Assembly: GCA_027451365.1 (NCBI GenBank)
Contig: DAIDJN010000042.1
Span: 15,866-79,865, forward strand
Direction of reading: 5' to 3'
From: Phycisphaerales bacterium
Lineage (GTDB): Bacteria; Planctomycetota; Phycisphaerae; WQYP01
DNA: 64,000 bases
Shown here: positions 51,507 through 61,380 of the stretch, piece by piece
Layout: every line of letters begins with the position of its first letter
Position numbering within the stretch: position 1 is the stretch's first letter
Program-made: the position numbers and the translations under genes
Notes under the pieces: model-generated
Told to the model about the DNA's origin: nothing
The model's input: the letters and a program-made list of their open reading frames with translations, nothing else
Databases searched by the model: none

Positions 51507-53105
51507 ATGACGAATATTGAACTATGGACAAAATATAAACAGCATCTGTGTGTTTGCCCGCGGATCGGGCTTACGCTGGATATCAGCCGCATGAATTTCC
51601 CCGAGACGTTTCTGAAGGACATGATGCCGGCCATGAAGGCGGCCTTTGCGGCCATGGAAAAGCTGGAAGCCGGCGCGATTGCCAATCCGGATGAAAAGAG
51701 AATGGTCGGTCACTATTGGCTGCGCAGTCCGGAAAAGGCACCCAATCCGGAACTTTCCCAAATGATCACCCAGACCGTTGCGGACATCAAGGCGTTTGCC
51801 GCGGATGTTCGTCGCGGCACGGTGCGTGCCGCCAATGAAAAGAAATTTTCAGACCTTCTGGTCATCGGCATCGGCGGTTCAGCTCTTGGGCCGCAATTTG
51901 TTGCCGAAGCTTTGGGTGTGGCCAAAGACCGCATCAAAATACACTTCTTTGACAACACTGATCCCGACGGCATGGAAAGGGTGTTAGAGACCATAGGGCG
52001 GGATCTTTCGCGTACGCTAACGGTTGTGATCAGCAAGTCCGGTGGCACCAAGGAAACCCGGAACGGCATGCTGGTGGCCGCGGCGGCCTACAAGGCGATG
52101 GGTTTGAATTTTTCAGAGCATGCCGTCGCCGTCACCGGGGCTGGGAGCGAACTGGATAAGACCGCGGAATCACAGAACTGGCTGAAACGCTTTCCCATGT
52201 GGGATTGGGTGGGGGGGCGAACCAGCGAACTGTCGGCGGTCGGGCTTGTGCCGGCGGCTATCTGCGGCATCAACATTGATGGCATGCTTAAGGGCGCCCG
52301 CGATACGGATGCACTGACGCGGCGCCCGGATGTCAAGAAGAACCCGGCGGCCTTAATGGCTCTGATGTGGTATCACGCGGGGCGGGGCCGAGGCGCCAAG
52401 GACATGGTCGTATTGCCATATAAAGATCGGTTGGCGCTTTTCAGCAAATATCTTCAGCAGCTTGTCATGGAATCCCTGGGTAAGGAACTGGACCGCGCGG
52501 GTCAGGTTGTTCACCAGGGAATCGCTGTTTACGGCAACAAAGGGTCTACCGATCAGCATGCGTATGTGCAGCAGTTGCGTGAAGGCGTCAATAATTTTTT
52601 TGCCACCTTTATCGCTGTGCTTGGCGACGCGGCGAGTCTGAAAGCAGGCCGTGCCGCTTCGGAACTGGAAGTTGAGCCGGGCATCACCAGCGGTGATTAT
52701 CTGAATGGATTTTTCCAGGGCACGCGACGGGCCTTGTTTGAAAATGGCCGCGAAAGCATGACCATTACGGTGGAAGATATTTCACCGCGCACCATTGGTG
52801 TTCTGCTGGCGCTGTTTGAACGGGCCGTCGGGTTGTACGCGGAACTGGTGAACATAAATGCCTACCATCAGCCCGGTGTGGAAGCGGGCAAAAAAGCCGC
52901 CACCGCGGTCGTCGCTCTTCAGGCCAGAGTCATGGCGCATCTGAAATCCGGCGGGCGGGGCACGGCGGACGAAATTGCGCAGGCTCTGGGCGCGGCGGAT
53001 GAGGCCGAAACCGTGTTCCATGTCCTGCGCCATCTGGCCGCCAACGACCGTGGAATTAAAGCAACCGATTCCCCGGACCTGACCGCGGCCGTGTTCTCCG
53101 CGTGA
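51507..53105 (+). CDS. pgi: Glucose-6-phosphate isomerase
   Basis: [49 protein letters not shown]. Confidence 0.96.
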   Translation: MTNIELWTKYKQHLCVCPRIGLTLDISRMNFPETFLKDMMPAMKAAFAAMEKLEAGAIANPDEKRMVGHYWLRSPEKAPNPELSQMITQTVADIKAFAADVRRGTVRAANEKKFSDLLVIGIGGSALGPQFVAEALGVAKDRIKIHFFDNTDPDGMERVLETIGRDLSRTLTVVISKSGGTKETRNGMLVAAAAYKAMGLNFSEHAVAVTGAGSELDKTAESQNWLKRFPMWDWVGGRTSELSAVGLVPAAICGINIDGMLKGARDTDALTRRPDVKKNPAALMALMWYHAGRGRGAKDMVVLPYKDRLALFSKYLQQLVMESLGKELDRAGQVVHQGIAVYGNKGSTDQHAYVQQLREGVNNFFATFIAVLGDAASLKAGRAASELEVEPGITSGDYLNGFFQGTRRALFENGRESMTITVEDISPRTIGVLLALFERAVGLYAELVNINAYHQPGVEAGKKAATAVVALQARVMAHLKSGGRGTADEIAQALGAADEAETVFHVLRHLAANDRGIKATDSPDLTAAVFSA

Positions 53106-53191
53106 CGGTCCGGCCAGTTCGCTGGATCGTGCCATTTCAGACTCGCGCACCTGCGGCGAGGACTGCCGGCAGTCTGTGATTTTGGCCGTGC

Positions 53192-53827
53192 ATGGGTGAT
53201 TCCGCAAAGGAGATTGCCATCTTTTCCTTTCGCTTAACTCAGGTGTGCTTCTGGCTGGGGATCAGCGCGTGGTTCGGAGGGCTTCTGGTGTTGGGGCCGG
53301 TGGTGGCCTGGCAGTTGTTTGCCACCATTGCCCATGCCCATGTCCAGGTTGCGGGCATGAATACACATTTGGATCAGTCGCGGGAACTGGCCGGACTGGT
53401 ATTCGGCAATATTCTCCACATTTTTTACTGGATTGAACTGGTCTGTCTCGGGCTGATTCTTGGCGCAGTGGTCGGTCAGATGCTGCTGCATCTGCATTTG
53501 TGGAATGCCGGTGTCTGGTTGCGTCTTTTGGTCATTGTGCTGCTGGCGGCGGTTACGCTGCATGATGTATTTTTTATCGCACCGCAGGTCTTCGCCCAGC
53601 ACAGCCAATGGCTGGCCAGCCTGACGACCCGGCCGGCGGCGGCCAAGGTTCACGAAAAACTGTTCAGTCAGTATCATCTGGCTGCCGAACATGATGGTGT
53701 TATTGAAACCGTCTTGTTGCTGGCGCTGCTTATAATTTCGGCCTGGTGTGTCAACTATCCGACGCGCAACGCCTATATCCGCAAGATAACGGGAGCCGCC
53801 GCCGAGGCTCCCGCAAAGCACGGATAA
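53192..53827 (+). CDS. Membrane protein (DUF4149/TMEM205-like)
   Basis: 4-5 TM helices; W.GG, AG..F, F...H pattern. Confidence 0.7.
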   Translation: MGDSAKEIAIFSFRLTQVCFWLGISAWFGGLLVLGPVVAWQLFATIAHAHVQVAGMNTHLDQSRELAGLVFGNILHIFYWIELVCLGLILGAVVGQMLLHLHLWNAGVWLRLLVIVLLAAVTLHDVFFIAPQVFAQHSQWLASLTTRPAAAKVHEKLFSQYHLAAEHDGVIETVLLLALLIISAWCVNYPTRNAYIRKITGAAAEAPAKHG

Positions 53828-53875
53828 ACCGGCGGCATTGCGGGCCTCCACCAGACACCGAATTCAGGAGCACTG

Positions 53876-54589
53876 ATGGCGAAGGAATCGTTCATTCAGA
53901 AAAAACAGCGGGCCGCGCGGATTGTCGGACAGTTGAAAATATTATATCCCGATGCCCATTGCGCCCTGAATCATGACAATCCATTTCAGTTGTTAATTGC
54001 CACCATTCTTTCGGCACAATGCACGGACGATCGGGTCAATAGGGTGACGCCGGCCCTGTTCGCCCGCTTTCCGGACGCCCCTTCGCTTGCCCAAGCTGAA
54101 ATGACGGACATCGAAAATATTATTCGTTCCATTGGATTTTTCCGGGCCAAGGCGAAAGCAATTCAGACAACCGCTCGGCAACTGACTGAACAATATGCCG
54201 GCGAAGTGCCGCAGACGATGAACGCCTTGATACAATTGCGTGGTGTCGGGCGAAAAACCGCAAATGTCGTGCTTGGAAACGCCTTTCGTAAAAATGTGGG
54301 CGTTGTGGTCGATACGCATGTCGGCCGGCTGGCGCGGCGTATGGGCCTGTCCGCGCATCTGGATCCGGAAAAAGTGGAACGCGATATGATGCGACTTATA
54401 GATCAGCCGGATTGGACGCTCCTGAGCCATTTGCTGATATTCCATGGCCGGCGGGTGTGCGCAGCTCGCAAACCGAATTGTGCTGGCTGCGTATTTGGTC
54501 CTGCGGCGGCTGCTGCCCGTCGGCTCTGCCCGCAAAGGGGTATAGTCATTCGGCGGCAGTTGTCGAAGGTGAATGTTCGCGCACGTTAA
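53876..54589 (+). CDS. nth: Endonuclease III
   Basis: LSAQCTD, HhH LRGVGRKTANVV, VDTHV, C-terminal Fe-S cysteines. Confidence 0.95.
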   Translation: MAKESFIQKKQRAARIVGQLKILYPDAHCALNHDNPFQLLIATILSAQCTDDRVNRVTPALFARFPDAPSLAQAEMTDIENIIRSIGFFRAKAKAIQTTARQLTEQYAGEVPQTMNALIQLRGVGRKTANVVLGNAFRKNVGVVVDTHVGRLARRMGLSAHLDPEKVERDMMRLIDQPDWTLLSHLLIFHGRRVCAARKPNCAGCVFGPAAAAARRLCPQRGIVIRRQLSKVNVRAR

Positions 54590-56643
54590 TTCGAATGCGT
54601 GGTCGCGGCCTTAGCGGCGCGCATGTGGTTCGCCGCGGGTTGGCTGAAATCGTTCCGGCCTTTTGGCTCATGCCGTTCATAGATCGCAATGGGAAGAAAG
54701 CCAAATCGGCGGGCGCACGTGTAAATTGTACCAGTGTCTTTATGTATCATGGTGTGTGCTCCGATATGGGCAATAACGACATCGGGATCCACCTCAGGCT
54801 TTCCTTTGACACCATACGGGGCGTTAAAGCTTACAAATACAGGCTTTTCCGGAAGGCCCCGTAAAAGCGATGAAAGAATGGCGTAGGTATATGGCATATA
54901 GCCGCGGATGTGCAGCCCGATGATCTTTGGCGGATGTTTCATTTCCCGTAAATAGGTGCAAATCTGTTCTACATTTCGCGTGGGCTGGTCGCTGTCCCGG
55001 CAAAGCAGGTAATCGCGTGAATGAAACTCAACGCCCTGGCCGCCCACCAGCGTGCGCGGAAACAGAAGCATGGTAGGCACAAGCCACGCAAACAGGCCAA
55101 CGAGTACCAGTGGCGTCATCCAGCGGAATAATCTGCTGTTCAGAACAATTGCGGCTACTGGCGCCGCCATAGCCGGAATAGCCGGCAGCAGATGGTTTGC
55201 AATGGCCTGCCACCGCAGGAATGCGGCCGCCATAATCAGACATGCCACGGGCAGCAGTAAAAACTTCCAGCTTAGGGCGCTGATCGATTGATCGCGCAAA
55301 AATATCAGGCCTGGTGGAATAAGCAGGAACAGAAGCATCTGAAAAGGCCATCCCACTCTATCTTCATTTCCTGCGTGATACGTTGCGCCGTCAAAATATA
55401 TCCGTACGCCGGGATAGACATACATGGTTTGCGGATCTTGAATATCCAGATGCAGAAATCCGGCGATTCCAAAAATGACCTTGTCCACGCCGATATTCAA
55501 CAAATGGCTCGGGCCGGAAAACATGGATGCGGTGGTGCGCAATACATTTACTGGAATGGTCTGGATATTAAATTCGCCATTCAACAGGACCAGCCGGGGA
55601 TCTTTTGAATGAAGGGGACCCAATGGAGCGCCAAACTGCCGCATATTGCGAATCAGGTATCCGGAATTGATGATGAGTGTCACGATTGCAATCATCAGAA
55701 GCCATGGCACCACTCTTGACCGGTTGGTGCGCCAAAACGCCACCGCCGCAAAAATGGCAATCGGCACGCCGAAAAGGTACCCCGTGCCATGCGTCAGAGG
55801 CATCAGCGAAATCGCCCCGGCCAGACAAAGAAATGTGATGGGGCCGCACTGCCGGTTCCGACTGATCCGCAACAACAGCAGTGCGGCGAAGGTGGTCCAC
55901 AATGCCTCCAGAATTTCCGGTGTAAATGTGCTTGCAGAGCAGAACACCATCGGCATGGAAACCACCATCAGTCCGCATAGCGCTTCGGAATCCTTGTTGC
56001 CGCCGATTTCCCGACTGATAAGACTTGCCGCAAAACCCAGGAATAACGCGGTCAGCCAGCCGATAAGATTGATCGCCCAGTCATTGCCGTGGGCCAGCAC
56101 CATCAGTTGCAGGCCGATCATTTCCAGTCCCGGCGGCATGCAAAGCTGCAGAGGATCGGATGTTGGATAGCTGGCCAGGCTGTGCTGCTGCATCCAGAAA
56201 ATAATCCGCGGCATGTGGTACGCCAGTGAATCAAAATTATTGGGAGGGCTGAACAACGCGCTGCCCAGAGCATACGCCATGATGACCACGGCTGCGGCCA
56301 GGGCGCTTTTGCCGCGCCAGGTTAGCTTCGATGAATTCATAGCCGCACCCTCCGGCCTCTTTTCCGAGGGGTTAAGTGACGCGTTACCGGCTTGCGGTGA
56401 ATGCTTTTTAATCAGATAGAAGCTGAATAATGGGACAAGCCACCACAGCAGTACGGGCCAGAACCGAATTTCCCCCATCAACCCTAAAACTTCGCTTCCC
56501 GCGGCGGACCAGATTGCACAAAACAGTGCGCCCACCAGCATTGCCTCGCGCCGGCTGGTACCGGAACTGGCAATGTGCCTGCCCAGGGCCGAGTATCGCT
56601 TTGCGACCAATAGCAGTATCAGAAATGGCAGCAATGCCAGCAT
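54586..56643 (-). CDS. Polytopic membrane glycosyltransferase (GT-C/ArnT-like)
   Basis: Many TM helices; PPNNFDSLAYH.PR first-loop motif; immediately downstream of a DPM1-like GT2. Confidence 0.72.
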   Translation of the reverse strand: MLALLPFLILLLVAKRYSALGRHIASSGTSRREAMLVGALFCAIWSAAGSEVLGLMGEIRFWPVLLWWLVPLFSFYLIKKHSPQAGNASLNPSEKRPEGAAMNSSKLTWRGKSALAAAVVIMAYALGSALFSPPNNFDSLAYHMPRIIFWMQQHSLASYPTSDPLQLCMPPGLEMIGLQLMVLAHGNDWAINLIGWLTALFLGFAASLISREIGGNKDSEALCGLMVVSMPMVFCSASTFTPEILEALWTTFAALLLLRISRNRQCGPITFLCLAGAISLMPLTHGTGYLFGVPIAIFAAVAFWRTNRSRVVPWLLMIAIVTLIINSGYLIRNMRQFGAPLGPLHSKDPRLVLLNGEFNIQTIPVNVLRTTASMFSGPSHLLNIGVDKVIFGIAGFLHLDIQDPQTMYVYPGVRIYFDGATYHAGNEDRVGWPFQMLLFLLIPPGLIFLRDQSISALSWKFLLLPVACLIMAAAFLRWQAIANHLLPAIPAMAAPVAAIVLNSRLFRWMTPLVLVGLFAWLVPTMLLFPRTLVGGQGVEFHSRDYLLCRDSDQPTRNVEQICTYLREMKHPPKIIGLHIRGYMPYTYAILSSLLRGLPEKPVFVSFNAPYGVKGKPEVDPDVVIAHIGAHTMIHKDTGTIYTCARRFGFLPIAIYERHEPKGRNDFSQPAANHMRAAKAATTHSN

Positions 56644-56700
56644 TCCAATCCTTTGTTAAAACGGTCGCGAGCCTGAATAACGGACGCCAAACCGGTGATA

Positions 56701-58155
56701 TTAACCGGGCGTGACATCTGTTTTTATGTCGGCTGCGAACCGCAGTGGCTTGCGCCCAATCGCCACAAGGCTTAGGCCCTGGCCGATTCGCGCGGTTTCC
56801 ATAAGTCTTGCGGCAGGTAACAGCCGCTGGAACCAGCCCAGTTGGCCCGGGGAAATTGAATCGCGCCTTAGAAATTCGTTGATCCGCCAGCCCAATGCAC
56901 CCAGCCGGTTGAAATCATTTATTGAAACCACTTCAAGGCCCGCGGCGGAAAGCAGAGTCCTAAGCCGATCAGAATCATAACGCCGCAAATGTCCCAGTTT
57001 ATCATCAGACCGGCTCATCAGGCGCTGGTGTGCCGGAGCCAGAACCACCAGATAGCCTTCGGGGGCCAGTATTTTCGCCAGCGCCGGCAACACAGGCTGG
57101 TCGTCGGGCAGGTGTTCCAAAACGTTGTGACAGATAATGCTGTCCAGTCGTTCGTCGGCCAGAATCTGGAGGTTCTCTGGCGCCAGCAGATCGCCCTGAA
57201 TGACCCGCACATTTTCCAATTGCCCGAAGCGGCGGCTGGTCATTTCTGTGTAAAATTCATCAGTATCTATGCAGATCAGCCGCGGCTTATGCAGCAACTG
57301 CTCGGCGAAATTGCCAATGCCACACCCGGTTTCAAGCACACGAGCGCCGATGTACCGCTCAAATTGCGATAAGATCCAGCGGTTGATTTTTTTTCGTTTC
57401 CGCAGACTTGTCAGCAGGTAATACCCATCGTGCGTGGTGAATCGCCGGTCCCACCAGCAGCATTTAACCAATGTCCATACCGCCTCGAACGCATCCTTAA
57501 GACCGATTTTTTTCCCTTCGGCCACTGTGCGGCCATGGTAACTGATCGGGACTTCATAAATCCGGATATTCCACTGGGCCAGCCGCGCGGTAATTTCCGG
57601 TTCAATGCCGAAGCGTTCGGCCTTCAGTGGAAGCCGACGGAAAATATCGGATCGAATCGCTTTGTAGCACGTTTCCATGTCGGTCAGATTCAGGTCCAGC
57701 ATCATGTTGGAAATGCCGGTCAGAACCCGGTTGGCGGTTGCATGCCAGAATCGCAGCACACGCCGCTGACCGGAAAATACGAATCGCGATCCGAACACCG
57801 CATCCGCTTTTCCTTCCAGAAGGGGGGCAAGAAGGGCCGCGTAATCCCGCGGGTCGTATTCCAGGTCCGCATCCTGAATCAGGGCGATATCGCCGGTCAT
57901 CTGTGCGATGGCGGTGCGAATGGTTGCGGCTTTCCCCTGGTTGAACGGATGCTGAAACAGACGAATCCGGCTGTCCTGTGCCGCAAGGTCCTGAAGTATC
58001 CGCCATGTATCATCGCCGCTGGCATCATCCACACAGATCAGTTCAATGGGCAACGGACAGGGCGCGGAAAGAACCCGTGCAATAATCGTCCGAAGCGTGC
58101 GCGATTCATTAAATATCGGCATCAACACGCTTAAGAGTCGATATTGTGCAGGCAT
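56701..58155 (-). CDS. Fused DPM1-like GT2 glycosyltransferase + class I SAM methyltransferase
   Basis: VDDASGD, QDADLEYDP, GSRF, DMETCYK; C-terminal VLETGCGIG, HNVLEH, GHLRRY. Confidence 0.9.
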   Translation of the reverse strand: MPAQYRLLSVLMPIFNESRTLRTIIARVLSAPCPLPIELICVDDASGDDTWRILQDLAAQDSRIRLFQHPFNQGKAATIRTAIAQMTGDIALIQDADLEYDPRDYAALLAPLLEGKADAVFGSRFVFSGQRRVLRFWHATANRVLTGISNMMLDLNLTDMETCYKAIRSDIFRRLPLKAERFGIEPEITARLAQWNIRIYEVPISYHGRTVAEGKKIGLKDAFEAVWTLVKCCWWDRRFTTHDGYYLLTSLRKRKKINRWILSQFERYIGARVLETGCGIGNFAEQLLHKPRLICIDTDEFYTEMTSRRFGQLENVRVIQGDLLAPENLQILADERLDSIICHNVLEHLPDDQPVLPALAKILAPEGYLVVLAPAHQRLMSRSDDKLGHLRRYDSDRLRTLLSAAGLEVVSINDFNRLGALGWRINEFLRRDSISPGQLGWFQRLLPAARLMETARIGQGLSLVAIGRKPLRFAADIKTDVTPG

Positions 58156-58217
58156 GGTGCTTTCCGGATCAACCCCAGTGGCGGCTGCCGGCCAATTCTG
58201 CCGGCAGGCTGGCGGAT

Positions 58218-58700
58218 TTACAGCCGCGTTATTGTCTTGATTTTTGGCGGTTGCACGGGCGAATCCGTTCCCGGGCGGCGCGGTACCGATACTATTTTAT
58301 CGATGACTTCAATACCGGAAGTCACCTGGCCAAAACAGGTATACTGGCCATCCAGATGCGGGGAATCCGCGTGCATGATAAAAAATTGCGAACCGGCGGA
58401 ATCCACATCCATCGATCGCGCCATGCTGATGACGCCGCGCAGATGTTTTCTTTTGCTGAATTCAGCTTTTATTTTATAACCCGGGCCGCCGGTACCGGTG
58501 CCTTGGGGGCAGCCGCCCTGAATCATAAAGCCCGGAATAAGCCGATGGAATCCCAGTCCGTTGTAAAAGCCCTTGTCCGAAAGAGTCAGAAAGTTTTCCA
58601 CGGTTTTTGGAGCCACGTCCGGCCATAACTCCAATTCAATAATTCCCTGATCAGTTTCAATTCGAATGCGGGGTGCCAGTGCCTGAGTCGTTTCCGCCAT
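58218..58700 (-). CDS. Cyclophilin-type peptidyl-prolyl cis-trans isomerase
   Basis: APKTVENF, FHRLIPGFMIQGG, SMAR, AGSQFFI, LDGQYTCFG. Confidence 0.95.
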   Translation of the reverse strand: MAETTQALAPRIRIETDQGIIELELWPDVAPKTVENFLTLSDKGFYNGLGFHRLIPGFMIQGGCPQGTGTGGPGYKIKAEFSKRKHLRGVISMARSMDVDSAGSQFFIMHADSPHLDGQYTCFGQVTSGIEVIDKIVSVPRRPGTDSPVQPPKIKTITRL

Positions 58701-58878
58701 GATCATTTAACTCCTGTTTTTGGGGCTGCAGCCCCAGAAAATTCAGCGGGCAATCCCGCCGTCAGGTCAGCTATCATATCGCAAGAGACCGCATTGACCA
58801 ATTCAAGTAATCGCGTGCGCCGCCGAAGACCGCCGAATCCGTTATTCTTTTGTCCGACCAGCCCACAACCTGCACCCT

Positions 58879-59814
58879 TTACGGCAGAGTGATATGCGAA
58901 AAATGAAAATGCACGATCCGCTTTTTTTGTCCGACCATCAGTTTTAATTCCAATGATGTTTCCGCCGTCGGCGGCCGCTTCAATGGAACCGTAATGCGGG
59001 TGGATCCATTGGCCAGCAGCGTGGAAAAATATCCGGGCGACTCAAATATCTTTCCCCGCAATATCCGCAACGACCTGAAGCAATCCGGCGGACCGTGCAG
59101 AAGTACCGCTAGAAATGTCCGCTTATTCGCTGTTTGCAGCGGAAGTATGCTGATCTGAATATGCCACGCCCTAAGCATCGGGTTTTCAAGCGTTTTGCCG
59201 ATTCCCGCGGCGATATCGGGAATCCGTATGGTTTTAGTCTGACCGCCGTACAGCACTGTGAACGCCCCGGTCAGATGCCTTATTTGTTTGGCGGTCGGCG
59301 GAGTCGGAGCAAAGCGGAGAATCGCCGGGAAGCCGATCGCGCCTTCCTGCTTCATTGTGGCATACAGCGGCTGGTTGATTTTTTCGGCAACCGGGCCGAT
59401 AGGTGAAAGCAACCGCAGTCGGCCGCCGCCATCCAGCCCTGTGGCATAAAGATGGACATTCGAAATTCCCGCCGGGCGGACAAATTCGGTTCCACTGACC
59501 GCCAGTACAATTCGCAGTCCCAGGCGGGAGTTGAGCGCATCAATGTAGGGCGTCTTGAATTGCGACAGTATGACACCGCGGGTTTGCAGGATCGCCGCTA
59601 TTTTTACCGTCGGCGGCAACACCACCGGTTGGGACTTTCCTGTACTGGAATCTGGCGTAGCCGCATAAATATTGCCCAATGGGCAAGTCCATCCGCATGC
59701 CGCCAGAACGCCCACTATCGCGGCCAATGACGCGGATGTTCTGGCGCGGTGCACGCTGGCAATCGCCGCTTTTATGCGATTGCATCCGAATTGCATCCAG
59801 TTGGCGGCCGACAT
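58879..59814 (-). CDS. Secreted/anchored hypothetical protein ending HFHFSHITLP
   Basis: Hydrophobic N-terminal segment, beta-rich body; C-terminus resembles the 25407-26900 protein. Confidence 0.65.
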   Translation of the reverse strand: MSAANWMQFGCNRIKAAIASVHRARTSASLAAIVGVLAACGWTCPLGNIYAATPDSSTGKSQPVVLPPTVKIAAILQTRGVILSQFKTPYIDALNSRLGLRIVLAVSGTEFVRPAGISNVHLYATGLDGGGRLRLLSPIGPVAEKINQPLYATMKQEGAIGFPAILRFAPTPPTAKQIRHLTGAFTVLYGGQTKTIRIPDIAAGIGKTLENPMLRAWHIQISILPLQTANKRTFLAVLLHGPPDCFRSLRILRGKIFESPGYFSTLLANGSTRITVPLKRPPTAETSLELKLMVGQKKRIVHFHFSHITLP

Positions 59815-60107
59815 GTGCGCTTCCCCCGGGAAAAAGCCCAACGAAGAATAAATGGTCACGACCAGAGCATGATAATCATTGTGGGCTGCGCATGCGAGAG
59901 CCTGCCTCTGCCGGCGGCATTCCGCATTCCAGAAAGGGTTGTGGGGCGGCAGAATTCATTGGACAAGTGGCTGCCAATCGGCCAATTTTATTTCAGCGAC
60001 GAAGCATAAAATGCCAGGGCTTTACGTGCCCGGATCGGAATCAATCAGGCTGGATCAAACCGGGTCAAACCGGCAGTCAGTATATTGCGATACAGAATAT
60101 TGAAGGC

Positions 60108-60371
60108 TTAGCCGTTGACCGTTGCCGTCACTTCAGGCTCAACCGAAACTTTACGGTTGGCGGCAAAATGCACAAGCCCATCAGACAACGCAAACAGGCT
60201 GTCATCACGGCCCAGACCGACATTCTTGCCCGCGCGGAATTTGGTGCCGCGCTGCCGGACAATGATCGAACCCGTCGTCACATGTTCGCCGGCATAGGCC
60301 TTAATGCCCAGATATTGCGGATTGCTGTCCCGGCCATTGCGGGTGGAACCTTGACCTTTTTTATGCGCCAT
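60108..60371 (-). CDS. rpmA: 50S ribosomal protein L27
   Basis: [24 protein letters not shown]. Confidence 0.98.
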   Translation of the reverse strand: MAHKKGQGSTRNGRDSNPQYLGIKAYAGEHVTTGSIIVRQRGTKFRAGKNVGLGRDDSLFALSDGLVHFAANRKVSVEPEVTATVNG

Positions 60372-60819
60372 GACAAACCTCTGTCAAAAAATGATTTCTT
60401 CCAATGCGGTGCAATTCTTCACCACATGTGTCTCGTTTCTATCGAGCCAAATAGTGTACAATAATCTGATTACAACATCAACTCGCCAACGTTTATCATA
60501 TTCGCAAAGCATTGTTAAATAATACCTATAAGCAAGAATTAAATTCGTAATAATAAATATTCACATTTAAGTACTGTTCGTGGCGCGCGGCCCTGTAGTT
60601 TATCTCTTGTAATTGGGCGCCAGGCCGCGCAATGTCAGGCTCAGCTTTGTTCGTAGACAAGCAGATTTGCCCATGGATGGCCAAGCGGCCCCGGGGCTTT
60701 TTTCGCCTTATTTCGATCTCGGCTTTTCAGGATATGCCAAACCCCACGCCCGGAACCGGCAATTCTGTCTAATTGACCTGTTTACCCGGTGTCCGCAGAC
60801 GGTTAAAAATCGGCCGCCA

Positions 60820-61294
60820 AGGGGCGGGTCAAAACCGGAGCATGGTCTGGGTACCAGGATAAATGGCGGGGGGACTGCATGCCGGTAACATGCTTTCTGG
60901 TCTTGAGGCGGTGCGGGCGTGGATCAGGCTTGTATCATCAGGTCTTCCGCCGGCCGGCCCACGCCGCCCTGGCCGGGAGGAGCCGATAACGAAAGGCCAG
61001 TCATTTTATATTTCCAAACAACCGGAACGCCGTGCGTGGCTGAAGGTACGCGCCAATCGGGGGGCCGCGGGCATCGATGATATAACGATAGCCGCGCTTG
61101 AACGCAGACTGAAAATCAACCTGTATCACATCTTGAATCGCATCCCGTCGGGGTTGCATTTTTCCCCACCGGTTAAACGGAAGATGAATTCGGAGGCCGA
61201 TGGAAACAAAATACGATCGGTGCCCAATGAGTCAATAGGCTCGCGTCCGGTTCCACCAAAGCGCGGAGGGTGCAAGTTTCCCGCGCCACTTCTC
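60820..61294 (+). mobile_element. Degenerate, internally deleted group II intron (class D/RmInt1-like) remnant
   Basis: RT0 peptide KVRANRGAAGID...LKINLYHILNRIPSGLHFSPPVKR after GGGAGGAGCCG-ATA, followed directly by DV-like and DVI-like RNA sequence; 5' limit approximate. Confidence 0.8.
60986..61220 (+). pseudogene. N-terminal fragment of group II intron reverse transcriptase/maturase
   Basis: Apparent start codon decayed to ATA at 60986; similarity ends before the RT1/RT2 LGIPT motif; no YADD. Confidence 0.8.
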
Positions 61295-61380
61295 CTGATT
61301 CAGTTCACTTGCGTTCAAGGCTGCCCTGTGTGATGATTCCAACTGCGCCAATCGAGTGTTATTCCGCGGGAAGGGTACGC

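Noticed and set aside
60863..61333. RT fragment about 2 kb from a CRISPR array, suggesting an RT-Cas1 adaptation module
   Set aside because: It is a short intron-type RT0 fragment flanked by intron RNA domains, with no catalytic YADD and no cas1; the proximity is probably coincidental.
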